DNA of 64,000 bases. Source: Camelus dromedarius (taxonomy: Eukaryota). Under the pieces are notes generated by a model that ran no database searches, had not been told where the DNA came from, and saw nothing but the letters and a program-made list of their open reading frames with translations. The position numbers were made by a program, and so were the translations under genes. The stretch covers positions 31,498,001 to 31,562,000 of the forward strand of contig NC_087436.1 in assembly GCF_036321535.1 (NCBI RefSeq). Direction: 5' to 3'. Of the stretch, positions 39,246 through 51,114 are shown one piece after another (position 1 is the stretch's first letter; every line of letters starts with the position of its first letter).

Positions 39246-41033
39246 GTTGCCATTCTCATTCTCTAAAACAACTGATGCTGCAATTAGCAGATCCTAGGTT
39301 TCACCAGCGTGACTTGGCAACAACAATACAGTGCTTTAAAATGCCTCGTTGATTAGCTTATTTTATCATCTCACACTTTGCTTCAATGAAAGGATCAGAA
39401 CTGCCTGATTGGTGCACAAAAGTTCTGGTGTACATATCCAAATTGATGAAGCATTTTAGCAGTGTGAGTAATGCCAAAGCCAAGAGTAGAATGGTGGTTC
39501 CCTCTGCCACTTATCCTTTTTCCTCTAAGGGAAAGGAATGCAATGGAAAGCAAATTTTTACTGGGAACTTGGGATTTGAGACAGAAGGACTCTAATGCTG
39601 ATTGCTTCCTGCTCATTTTCTACAATATGATAGTGTGCTCAAAAAAAAAAAAAAAGCTACACTGTGATTCCAGAGATCACATGCTGAAATATGCAGAAGA
39701 CCAGGCATGCACTGTAACTACGAGAAGCACTCTTTGAGTATAAGCACTTAAATTCAAAATTGTAAAAACACACTATAAAAAACATACTATAAGCAAAAAC
39801 AAAAAACAAAAAGCAAAAAACAAAAACAAAAACAATCTGTTGGTCACATTCAGCCACTGAGATGCCTGGTTATACATCCAAAGGGTGAACAGTGATTTTA
39901 TCTGGGTAGTAGTATCACAGATGATTTTCATTTGTATATGTGCCTTTTATTATCTTTTAAGTGCTTTACAATGTATATGATTTTCTTTTATCATCAAAGG
40001 AGAAAAATCCCACAAAATATGTGATTTAAAAAAAAAAAAATAGGTTCAGTGACTTGGCTACACCTAACTGAAGCTGCTCATTTGTTACATTGAAGAAAAT
40101 CACAAAACAAGCCTTGCGAGAAGAGGCCAGAATGAACAAGCACCCTAAGGAACAACTTTTACCAAAATAGATGACCAAAATACCATGATTTAGATGACTG
40201 GCTGTCACAGAGAGAAGTCCAGTACCGCACTTTCACAGGCAGAATGTGGAGTGATTCAAACAGACCGAACATGCTAAGTGCTGTTTAAGTGTGGTAAAAC
40301 TGCATTTAACAATCCAAAATTACTACCTAAAGAGTTCTTTCTTTCTTTAATGCTATACCCATGCAATATGTCTCTAAACCGTACTCCTTGACTGAGCATC
40401 TTTACAGATAGCAATACTGTTTTTCCAGCACAGTAAGGGCCAGAAGAATCCATAAAGTCTTTACAGACTTCGTGAAGAAATGGGTGACGCCCTGGACAGG
40501 GTTAAATAGATGGGTTTAAATTTTAAAAGTTTAAAGTTTAAAAAAATGCTTTAGAGCACAGAACTCATCTCATTAGGAAATTAGCTTCTAAACTTGGTTT
40601 GCTTGTTGGCTCAGTCTATAAAGCATATAGATGGGTTGGCGTGTGTGTGTGTCAAACTTACTCAGTGGAGTTGAATTAGGGATTACAAATATCCTAAAAA
40701 ACATTGGGTATCATAACTATGTGAGAAGCTCTCTCTAATTTTGATATCTGTAAGACTAGTTTCATGAAAAAACATCAATTATGATGAATTTAAATCAGGA
40801 AGTAGGTCAACCGTAAGGAAATATCATCATCTCAGTCACCTGTGTGATTCTGCATAGTCTACCTACTTTAATGCTTCTAACTTTGTATGATGTCTATAAT
40901 AATAAATGTGGGTGGGACTCACATACATTTTGCAACCCAAATAGAATGTTTAAGAGTTTAATGTTTTTTTAAAACTATTTGGAAAGCTAGCCTAAAGTAG
41001 CAAGCAGTCTGTGTGAGTTAAAAGAGAACTTAC

Positions 41034-41093
41034 AGGTAGAGTTCCACCTCCAGGTACTGTTTAGTCTTGCTGTTCAAAAAAAAAATTCAACAA
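41034..41093 (-). CDS. C4orf33-like exon B (60 nt, 61 needed): VVEFFF[fs]LNSKTKQYLEVELY
   Basis: Acceptor ttttttatttgcag|TT, donor TACCT|gtaagt. Matches C4orf33 VVEAFFLN...QYLEVELCP. The T10 run (+ strand A10 at 41076-41085) gives in-frame TGA at 41076-41074. Confidence 0.85.
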
Positions 41094-41160
41094 CTGCAAA
41101 TAAAAAACAATCATCGTATTGAGAAATTTAATCTGGAAAGAGTCGAGAAAGTAAACATTT

Positions 41161-41722
41161 AGAGAGGTTGCCAAGTGGGAACTCAGGAAGCCAGACTGGG
41201 AGAAGAATTGCAGAGCATGGATGTTGTCAGAGGCTCCATCTCCTGCACTGGCCGTTCACGGAGGGGGACCACCTGCCAGACGCAGACCTTGGTGCTCAAA
41301 CATCCCCGCGGGCATCTGAGGATAACATCCTGAAACCACAAAGAGTCAGGACAAGAATCCTGACTGTGTGATCCCCACCCCTCCCTCCTGGCCATGGAGT
41401 CTGCTGTCACCTCATGTCCTCCACACCTGGGTTGCTATTTTCAGTCCTTGCCTAACATCTGAGGGGAAATGGAAGCTCCGGGGACTCCAAGTGAGTTCAC
41501 CGATGCCTTTAATTACACTTCAAATCCAGAAGGGGTCTGCCCTGACAGTGCACTCTGTTAATTCACCCTTACCGTGGTGACGACCCAAAACGTGAAACAC
41601 CCCACAGGAATTCTGTTTTAGTCAAATAGAAAAAGCTAATTCCAGTAGGGCTATCATAAAAATGTTACAAGGCAAGTTCATAAATTTTGATTAAAAAAAT
41701 GAATTCCTCTTTAAAAAAAAAG
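41161..41722 (+). pseudogene. Processed retrocopy of the 3' end of an unidentified mRNA
   Basis: GC-richer 560-bp block, ATTAAA at 41690-41695, A9 tail at 41713-41721, 14-bp TSD gaaagtaaa(c/t)attt at 41147-41160 and 41723-41736. Confidence 0.75.
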
Positions 41723-41979
41723 GAAAGTAAATATTTGTAAAGAGTCACATTTTGAAGAAGGAAAATCTAGTGGCTTATAAAAATTAAAGTTTTATATTCA
41801 ACGTTACTGCACACTATTTTAGAAAATCCAGCGTAACGTTCTTGGGACCTTGTGAATATTAAAAGTTAAAGCAATTTATCTGTTGTCTATGCAAAACATT
41901 CTGCTTCAATTCTTTCCCAAAGTAATTTCATTGAAACATCAATTCCACAGAATTTCTATAGACAGTAGATATTTAATAT

Positions 41980-42200
41980 GGGAGGCAGCTTAGAATCATA
42001 GTTGATTTCAAATTGTGCCTAAGCCACTCACGTGACCTTGGACAAATTTCTCAACTGCCTTATGTAGCAGTTTCCTAACCTGTGAAATGGAGATAAAAAT
42101 GATATCTACGTCATAGAACTAATGCATGAAGTTCTTAGAACAGTGTCTGGCACATAGTAAGTACTTAATAAATTGTAGTAGTCATTGTTGTTATTAGTAT
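41980..42200 (+). mobile_element. MIR SINE
   Basis: gtgaccttggacaaat...cagtttcctaacctgtgaaatggag...agaacagtgtctggcacatagtaag. Confidence 0.7.
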
Positions 42201-42609
42201 TACTGATATAAAAAGAATATATAATATATAAAGAATATATATAATATACAAAGACTAAATATATAGTTTATATATTAAGTATTTATATATATAAATAACA
42301 AAGGAAAATATATTCGTGTATGTTGGGTTAATAATATGAAACAGATGTCTCTTCTGAAAGATTTGGGAATTACTAGTTTATTAATAATATTCATAGTGAC
42401 TCTCCAAGGGACAAATAGAGTTTGCAGTGTTTTCCAAAATTTCTTCCACTGGGATCTTTTTTCCCCCTCAACATATTTCTCAAAACTAATGTCAATGAAC
42501 ATACTTGAGGGATGTAAGTAAATAAAAAGAGGATTTCAAAAATAATTTTTTAAAAGATAATACAAACTAATTCATCTACTATAAGGAATTTCTAACATTC
42601 TAGTTCTAA

Positions 42610-42795
42610 AATCAGACAACCTGGCTTTTTGAGTACTAGCTCCATTATTTATGTACTGTGTGATCTTAGGTAAGATAATGAACTTCTCTGAGCCTCTGCT
42701 TCCTCATTTGTAAAATGGTGATAGTAACCATGCCTATCTCACAGAATTGCCATGACGATTAAATGAAACAATACTTGGAAAGCACTCACCAGAAT
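42610..42795 (+). mobile_element. MIR SINE
   Basis: ctgtgtgatcttaggtaag...ctctgagcctctgcttcctcatttgtaaaatgg. Confidence 0.7.
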
Positions 42796-43338
42796 GCTGT
42801 CCAGCTGAGGACAGAGATTCTGCTCAGGGCATCCTACGCACTGGAGTGTCTCCATTCTTCTACCCCTACCTTGTTAAGACTGTGACTTTCAAATGCCAAG
42901 AAGGCTTGAGAACCAGGAGAATTCATACATCTCCAAATATTTCTGGTTAAGGACACGTTACTGCTAGTGTAAGATTTTCTTGAATGATAACTTAAATCCC
43001 AACCATAAAAGGCCACCGCATAACAAATCATTCACCTTCTGAGACCCTTCATGACTGAGCCCTGCTAGGACTGTGTCATTACCAAGACTTTGGGGTCCAA
43101 AAGAAGCTGCTGAGAGAGCTCCTGTATTTTCTCCTGCTTTGTATGTGCTTGTTTCTGCCAGATTTCTGTATTCATTGTTTTTACAAATAAGGAAATTAAT
43201 GTAATTAATTATATTGGGATTTGAATGGCACAGAGGAGGGGAGTTCTTTCTATCTGTAGCTAAACAGATACACTATAGCAAAAAAGTGCCACAACATATG
43301 CACAAAATGAATATTAATTGTTAGCTTTCATTCCCATT

Positions 43339-43513
43339 CAGAGGTGGATCTAGGACTTATGGGACTAGAAGCTTATACAATTTGGGAGGACCCTGTCTGA
43401 AAGTAAAAATACAAAACTATGAAAACAAAATTAGACAGAGAACTTTAGAAGGGACCTATGCAAGTATAAGCCCTGAAGCATAACCTTCATTAGCTTTATA
43501 GTAAATCCACTCA
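43339..43513. mobile_element. MER53-like hAT MITE
   Basis: cagaggtggatc...gaagcttatacaatttggg...ccttcattagcttt..gtaaatcc. Confidence 0.7.
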
Positions 43514-43519
43514 GGGGAC

Positions 43520-44440
43520 AGAAAATACATGTTCCTGCCTTCAAAGAGTTTTAAATATAATAAAGGAAACAAGATAGTACCTAAGAGTTTAAACTGCAGG
43601 CAAAAATACTACAGAAAATTCAATATGGGGATATGTAAATGCCACAAAGCAGCATATAATAAATTTCTAAAAAAAATGGAACAGCACATCTCTCTCTTTT
43701 TATATGTATAGTAGGAGTTCAAAAGGTAGAGTAATCACTATGAACTGGATTATCTTAGAAGGCTTCACAGGAGAGGTAACATTTCAGTCAGGTCAAAAAG
43801 AGAGGGTTTGGGTAGGCAGAAAGAAAGGAAAACTCTGTGTGCTCAAAGGTTCAAGTTATTTAACTTAAAATGAGCAGATCTGCTTAGTTGAGGCAGAGGT
43901 TTCTGGAAGGACAGTAATTGAACACAATTTGAGGAAAAGCCAATCAAATGCCTTGAATAGCAATCTAACAATTTGGGGCTTAACCCTGCAAGCAAAATGG
44001 AGCTATTAATCTTCTTGAAAAAATGGAGTAACATAATCAAAACAGCATTTTAGAAGCACCAGCCAGGTCATTGTGGATAGGATAATCAGGATCAGGAAGA
44101 CTCTGGGAGCAGAAACACCACCTGAAAGCACACTATAATAGTCTAGACAATCCTTAAGAAGTCATGCTGAGGATGGACACGAAGGGGCATGGTCAAGAGA
44201 CATCCACAGAGAAGAACCAACAGAACGCGATAAATGTTTGAGGGGGAGAAAAAAAGAAGAGATCATGATGACATCAGGATCTCAAGGCTGGTAACCTGGA
44301 GAATAACTCAACAGAAACTGGAAAGTCAGAAATAAAAGTGATTGTGTATGAGGACAAGCTCAGATTTACCATGAGAAGTTTGGGTAAAGAAAGAATATAT
44401 TCAGGTTTTGATGTCCACAACAAAGTTGTAAATATGGTTT
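43520..44440 (-). mobile_element. L2 fragment
   Basis: cctgccttcaaagagttt, gaaggcttcacaggagaggtaacattt, agcattttagaag. Confidence 0.55.
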
Positions 44441-45182
44441 CAAGAGAGATTTTAGAGAAAGAATTTCTTATTAAATTCTAGTACATCAAGAAGTGAATTT
44501 TTAAACAGGACAACAGCATATATTGGAAGGTTTTGGATTTGGAATCAAGAGGCCTCAGATGTAGACACAAGTACGTTTAAGGTAGCAAGACTAATAGATC
44601 CTCACAGGTAGAATTTCAGTACACTATGATTCCATGAAAAGATCATCTTATTTCCCCTAAGTTATTCAACGAAAACTGTAAATTACAAAAACATAAAATA
44701 TCTGGATGGAAAATCCTTCTCAAAATATACAGCTACTTTTTTTTAGAAATAAGTATCACAGTACTACTATGAAGTTTTTAAAAAATAGAGTTTTATAGTT
44801 CTAGAACTTAGAAGATACCATCAATTTAAATTTAAAGATGCATGCTTTACAAATACCACTCAACACCTGAAATAAATCAATTATCTATATTTAATACTTG
44901 GACTAACATTTTCACATGAATTGCTAATTAATACTGTTTCACAAGTAATTTTCTTAAGTGCCTATCAGATATAGACTGTTCACTCCAAAATCTCTAATTC
45001 CAGGTCATACAATTTTTGACACCATCTTTCTATGTCATTGAATTTTCAGATATTCAGGATGTGGAGCATGAGGTATTTGGAAACTCTGAGAAGATGAATA
45101 GATATTATAAGAGAACACTACCATATATCACAAAATCTGCTCTTTCTCTCAGCTTTGGCACTCAAAATAGGAAATGTCTCAC

Positions 45183-45363
45183 CTTCATACTTCCAGAGTC
45201 CATCAAAAGGTTGTCCTGCTTCATGATGTGGTGCTGGGGGATCATCAAAGAAAGGAGCATTCAGGTCCATCAGTAAGCCTTGGACCCCAGATCTAAACTT
45301 GGGAGTCATAGGCCTTTGCAGCACTGGTAAACTGTCCCACATGGTGGTAATTCTATATTCCAA
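45183..45363 (-). CDS. C4orf33-like exon A (181 nt): LEYRITTMWDSLPVLQRPMTPKFRSGVQGLLMDLNAPFFDDPPAPHHEAGQPFDGLWKYE
   Basis: Acceptor ctgtttcattttgacag|TTG, donor GAAG|gtgaga. 60 codons plus 1 nt, collinear with C4orf33 residues 1-60. Confidence 0.9.
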
Positions 45364-45668
45364 CTGTCAAAATGAAACAGAAGAGCAAATGCCATGATAT
45401 AAGTGAAGCAATGTTTTTCTTGCTCCCCTGGTCTTGATCAAATTAAACTGAAATAACATCTTTTACTAATATCCTCAAGGCAATCAACATCCCATTACAT
45501 ATTAAAGATTTCTATTAATTGCAGTAAAACGTTTTTGTGTGGTATTCAGCCATAGCAAAATTCATACAAAAATATTTAGAGGAATTGCTTTTTGTGACTT
45601 AATACACAGGTGCATTTATTTTTGTAGTATTTACAGTGTTTAATGATGTGAATTTGCTTTTATTCATT

Positions 45669-46142
45669 TGTTGGGGAGAAAGAAAACTTTCTTCTACACT
45701 TTTAGGTTCTTCTGGCTGGTCTAAGAATTAAATTGACATGAGACATTAACAGGAGAAAATAAAATTTAATTTGGCACATACAGGAACTCTACCTACATGA
45801 GAGATTTGAAGACAGAAAGGTAAAATGAGGTAAAGATGCCAAACTGAGCTAGAGGATGGGAGGGGGCCCCAGGTTTCCAAGGATAGGAGGGTTATTCACA
45901 GGATGTTAAGAAAAGTTTGGTAGTTAGATGTTTGCCCTGCCATATACATGTGGCCACTTAGATAAAATTTATCTCTGGTAATAACTCTTTTCTGGGAAAA
46001 ATTTCCAATTTAATTTCTTTTAGATAATTAAGGGAGAGGCAATATTTTCTCTTGAACTTGCAGGGACTTGACTAACCCCAGCTCAAAATAATCTTCATAC
46101 AAAAGTGACACATTCTGAGGAGGTTCATTCTGTACCCCTACA
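45669..46142 (-). mobile_element. ERV1-type solo LTR
   Basis: TG...CA ends with 4-bp TSD catt (45665-45668 and 46143-46146); aattaaattgacatgagac..taacaggag motif. Confidence 0.75.
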
Positions 46143-48659
46143 CATTCCACAAATAATCAGTGAGGACGTACTATGTATGCCACTTCTCACTAGGTTCTGC
46201 AGATAAAGTTCAAAGTAGACAATGTAACCCCTGTCCTGCCTAAAAGACCATATAATCTTTATAATCAGAAAGAAAGACAAAATGTACATCCAAAAACTAA
46301 TGAACAGTGAGTGAAGCATAGATTTAGAACCTGACTAAATAACACAGAAAAGTAATAGAAACATGGAGATAAATATAGGTTGCAGTAGTTGGAAAATGCT
46401 TCTTGGGACTTAAGGTTGCACAAGAAAGGAAAATGCATATGTTGAATATACCTATCTTGGATAGTTTATTCTGGATGTTTATCTTGCCTACTTCAATTTC
46501 AAGCTTTTTGAGAACTGAAAATAATGACGACAATCATTCAGCATTTATTCACATCCCATGCTAGCGTCTGACTATCCCCCAAAATGTATTAGAATGCTGC
46601 TCTTACCTGGGTACTCATTAAATGCTTATTGTAAATCAATTAATAAAACAAGTATTTCTTGTGTAACCACTATCTGCCTTTTCTGTGCTAGACGTTTGAA
46701 CTATGGAAACAAGACACTTCCCTTGCACTTAGGTAACTCACAATCTAGTGTAAAAGAAAACTGTGAACAACTAATGAGAAAACTGTGAAAGTGCTTTAAT
46801 AGAAGTGTGCAAGCACAGAGCAGGGAGCCTCTAGTTCTGACAGCGGGAAATGGAAGAGTAGAGCGTGTATGCAAAGACCTCACAGAAGTTACAATTGAAA
46901 GATGTGTAGGAATAGGAGAGGAAAGGAAACAAATGTATTATAAATGGAGGAAATTGCTTAATCGCAAGCACACAGCCATGTGAAAGCTGAAAGGAGACGG
47001 GAGATCAGATATAAACGGAATGTAAGGTGCGTGGTGGGAGGTGGGGGATATAGTGAGAGAAATGACACTGGTGGGAGGGGGTGCAGATACTGAGAGTGAA
47101 CATTAAAGTTTATGCTGAAGTCATGTAGAACTGATGTCAGGTTTCAAACAGAGAATTTACTGATGAGGTTTATGTTTCAGAAGAATTACTCTGAAGGATG
47201 TATAGAAGAAAAAAATACTCTAAGAAATTTGAAGTCTTATTCAAAATTTATTTTTCTATTCCAATTTTATCTAATTACAATGGTAAGCTTTTATTTTCAA
47301 AGTTATAATCTTTATTTCAAATGATTCTGTGAAATGTTTGTAAGAGAAAAGGATCTTAAAGAATACAACTGAACTCAATTCAAGTAACAATGGAACTCTT
47401 TATTCCTTATCTACAACATAATACTTCTTGAATCTCCCAGTATTAGAAACACTCAGGCTTTCTCAATTATTCATTTCTCATTATGCAAAGAAAATTAACC
47501 AAAGTGATTCTGACTGAAGGAAAGAAAGGAAAATTTGGAGCCAGGAATAAATTACTATAAGCACTGAATGCTATAGGTTTAAACAGCCATTTAGAAAACT
47601 ACCCCATCATAAAAGCAAAAGAAATTTAATCTGCACAAAAGTTTAAAACTCCATATGCTCACTGGGATGATAACTCTTTTTTTCTTAAATATTCTCAAAT
47701 TACGTGTAGCTCTGAGCTACTTTTGCTTAGAAAAAGAGTTGGAGCAATTTTTTTAATGTATTATGTTTAAGGATTTTTTTTTCTTTTCTTATAAATAGAT
47801 CACATTTTTTTCTAATATCCCAAAATAGTCAAAGGCATTCTTCTGGCACTTTGCAAATTTCAATAAAAATAACATCTTTAGTAAAATTTCAAAATATCAA
47901 AGTTATCATAATTTTGTAGGAAATTTTAGTTGTTTTGTTGTATAGTTTAGAAATATCAAATGCCAACAAGAAAATTTATAGGACGAAATAAAGTTAATAT
48001 GCATAGACAAGAATCACATGCTTTTTATTCTAGTATTCAAATACTGTCCGGTATGAAACTTCTGACGTGAGATATTTATTTAAAAAAATCTTAAATGCAA
48101 AAAACAAAACAAAACAAAACCCTCACAATACCATACACAACAGTTTTAGATATCCTTATGCTCAACTATTGATATAATTAAGATGTAGCCCCTCCTCTTT
48201 CTAAAACAGCTTGATGTTTACCAAATTCTCAGCTGCTTAAAGTCTGCTTTCTGTTAAATTTATTAAATTTCCACTGATGCCAGCACCACCAAGGACAGAA
48301 TTTGGACTGATGGGCTTTGTTTTATTTTGTTTTAATCAGGCTTCCACAAAGGAATATTACACTACCTGTAGTAACAGAGAGATGTTTTTTGGCCCCAAAT
48401 GCTATGACACTTGAAAGACTCCTACATTTTTCAAACTGGAAGAAATAAACTTCTAAAAGTCAATAAAAGACCAAGTAACACTTTTAATGGGCATGTTTTA
48501 TTGAGCTATATAAACTTTTCTTGTTAAATTTCTTTTTAAAAAGTCTCTATAGAAAAATCACCAAAAATTTTCAAGTGATAATAATAGGAAACCAAGCTGT
48601 ATTAAAGGTAGGACCAGGTTGTATCAAAGATTAGAGAATTTTATTTCTAGATTCCTTAC

Positions 48660-48665
48660 CCACAT
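48660..48665 (-). CDS. Candidate 6-nt microexon (or 3' end of a first exon) ATG TGG
   Basis: ctctctgtaactctttacccttacag|ATGTGG|gtaagg. Phase 0, in frame with exon A. Confidence 0.3.
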
Positions 48666-49924
48666 CTGTAAGGGTAAAGAGTTACAGAGAGTTAATGCAA
48701 TTACGTTGCGTCGATAGAATCAATGTAAATACACAGTCTGGGTAACCACACTACAAACTGCTTACTGTATCATTTCTTCAATTACAGGGCTTAAAATTTA
48801 TGCCCAGCTCTTGTTAAATAAGTACCTCTATTCTCTACCTTGCCTATGCAGACAAAGCCCTAAAAGAGAGCCAATAACTTACATAGGCCTCTATAGCCAT
48901 TTTTTATCCTTCTGATAAATACCTTTGAAGACATATTTTTTTTAGATCTAATACTACCACTGAGTTATGACTCTTTTTTTAAGATTTAACTGTAGATGGG
49001 CAAAAAAGTTATAAAATCAAACTGATGTCATTCTCCTTGTAGGGGACTCAGCTTATGTTTTATAAAGTATATGAAGTGTCAAAAACAATAAAATTTTTAG
49101 CTTTACGTAATAAGATCTAAACATAGTTAATATTTTATATGTTTATTAAAATCACTGAGATTGTTATTTTGAATCTGGGAAAATATGCATGTATTTAGCT
49201 ATTACTGCAAAGTTGCTCTGTAGAACAAAATGGTGAGGCTATTCATAATCTAAATTTAAACATCTGAAATACAAATATATAAAAGCATACATGTACATAT
49301 ATACTAGGTAATCTAGTAATCCTATGTACTGACACACATTTATCAAATTTAGATAGGACTTAAATGTATAACATTTTTACTCTCAAGATATAAAACACTA
49401 TTTAATTTTAAATTTTAATTATGCTTTACTTATAAGAAAGGCATAGAACAAAATAAGAAAATAAGGCTTAAAATTATAGAAGATCTCCTACACACATTTT
49501 TAGCAATTAAAATAGTGATGATCTAGATACAAATAATATTATCAAAATAATACAGAATCTGAATCTGGAAAATAAAAAGTTGCAAGATCTTCACTGAACT
49601 GTACAAAATTAAAACACCATAAAGCTTGTCCCGCTGTAGAACAAGGTGATCTCTGAAATTACAAGGCAGTGAATTCAGAATCATAAAAAGGAAATATTAC
49701 TTTATAACCTTTAGTTAACCTGTAGCTACAGTTCCATAGGAGGTCATAAAATCAAATTCTGTGGTTGGATTTAAAAGCTGGATAATTTTATAGCCACTCA
49801 TAATACCAGGGTTCAAGCTCATTGCCTTCAGCAGCTGGAATGGAATTCTTTGATCATTCGTATCAATAAACCACAAGGTATGAAGGTACTGGTACTATGT
49901 GTTGTTTTAAAGATTAAACACTGT

Positions 49925-49930
49925 TTTATT
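49925..49930 (-). terminator. Candidate poly(A) signal of the upstream gene
   Basis: Minus-strand AATAAA about 220 nt after the TGA at 50149. Confidence 0.35.
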
Positions 49931-50148
49931 GGAGTCAAATAACACTGTTTACCACATTAGTCGCCTTTCTCACATGTGTAGAGGCCTGAAGGGGCATAGA
50001 AGCCACAGGCAGCTGCCCTCATAATTCAGAATTCATCATTCTTTTACGGAGTCTTCCCATCAACTTACAGACCCACGTGCCCAGTAAGCTTACATTTGCT
50101 ACAACACTGGCATCAGATGGATGCTAGTATTCCCATTTCCAGGTTATT

Positions 50149-50251
50149 TCACCTGAGCGATCTGATGTTTCCAAGCGGAAGCTTTACTTTTCCAGAATAC
50201 CCACGCTTCTCCCTTACCTGGTGCTTTAGCTTGTAAAGACACTTCTTACTG
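50149..50251 (-). CDS. Probable terminal coding exon of unidentified upstream gene: (S)SKKCLYKLKHQVREKRGYSGKVKLPLGNIRSLR*
   Basis: Acceptor aaatgttag|C (TAGCAG tandem acceptor), phase 2 compatible, TGA at 50151-50149, several retained CpGs. Internal donor CAG|gtaagg at 50218/50217. Confidence 0.5.
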
Positions 50252-50846
50252 CTAACATTTGCCCAAAAAACACATTTTACAGTGTTCTATCCACACAAAT
50301 ATTTAAATTGCTTTTTAAAATGCACTGTCCTTTCATCATTAAATATGTTTTTAAACTGGTATTTCCTGCCTCTGTGCCTTTTTTCATTCTGCCTCTATCA
50401 CCAGAATTCCATTCTCTGCCCCTCCCAAGTCAAGGCTTCATTTAAATTCTAGTTTCTCCATGAAGTGATCCCTGATCTTCTCAGATGAAAGTGATACTCT
50501 AAGCTCACTCTCCCCACCCACTCTGTATGTCCAAAATATTACAACTGTATTTCTAATATTTATCCATTTCTACCTTATTTTAAATGTACGCATAAATCAA
50601 TGTGACTTACATCTTGCTTAGCTCTCACAGAATGTAAAAATTTTATAAACAGTTGCTGTACCTAAGTCATCCCTTGTGTGCTTCTCAGCATCTAGTCTAG
50701 TATCTTCAAGGTGCCAACTGCTCAGCAAGCACTTGTGGCACAAAAGAATAATTAAACGAATGAGGCTTGTTATTTATTGCATAATAACACATGTGAAAAA
50801 TCACTCTGCAACGTACCTGTTACCAATATTTTTATATAATTCTTAC

Positions 50847-50904
50847 CTCTCCTCTTCCAGTTGGCAGTTGTTCTCTTTCTTGGTTACTTTTGAAAATTTC
50901 AGTC
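50847..50904 (-). CDS. Internal exon of unidentified upstream gene: (G)LKFSKVTKKENNCQLEEE(S)
   Basis: Acceptor ttttcttatcattattttaaag|GA, donor GAG|gtaaga. 58 nt, phase 1 to 2, open, purine-rich. Confidence 0.7.
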
Positions 50905-51114
50905 CTTTAAAATAATGATAAGAAAATTAATCCCCATAAAAAATACAGAAATAAATATAATTTGTACATCCAGTATTTATATGAAAAGAAATATGGCAGT
51001 AAAAATATATAAATAAAAGAATGCTGAGACTGTCATTATTTTAAACACAGTCTTGTGGTTGTTTCTGGGTAGAGTTGAATAAAGCACCAAAAATACCATT
51101 TTGTTAACCTGCTT

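Larger units (their letters stand above)
19190..45363 (-). pseudogene. C4orf33-like (UPF0462 family) paralog, 5 homologous exons; frameshifted as given (recent pseudogene or homopolymer error)
   Basis: Exons 45363-45183, 41093-41034, 33833-33785, 20863-20664 and 19325-19190 all have AG/GT boundaries. Adding one T in the second exon gives a 208-aa ORF collinear with C4orf33 (WD..PV, APFF.DPPAP, LW.YEVVE.FFLN, YLEVEL, QHLVLLL, LPW.YFPP, AIHG, YEA, FH..EYFK, W.QP.S.LW). Identity to recalled human C4orf33 is only about 45-50%, too low for a mammalian ortholog. Confidence 0.85.

Noticed and set aside
48222..48365. Possible decayed N-terminal hydrophobic exon of the C4orf33-like gene
   Set aside because: An acceptor-like site exists, but all three frames contain stops and no homology can be shown from the sequence alone.
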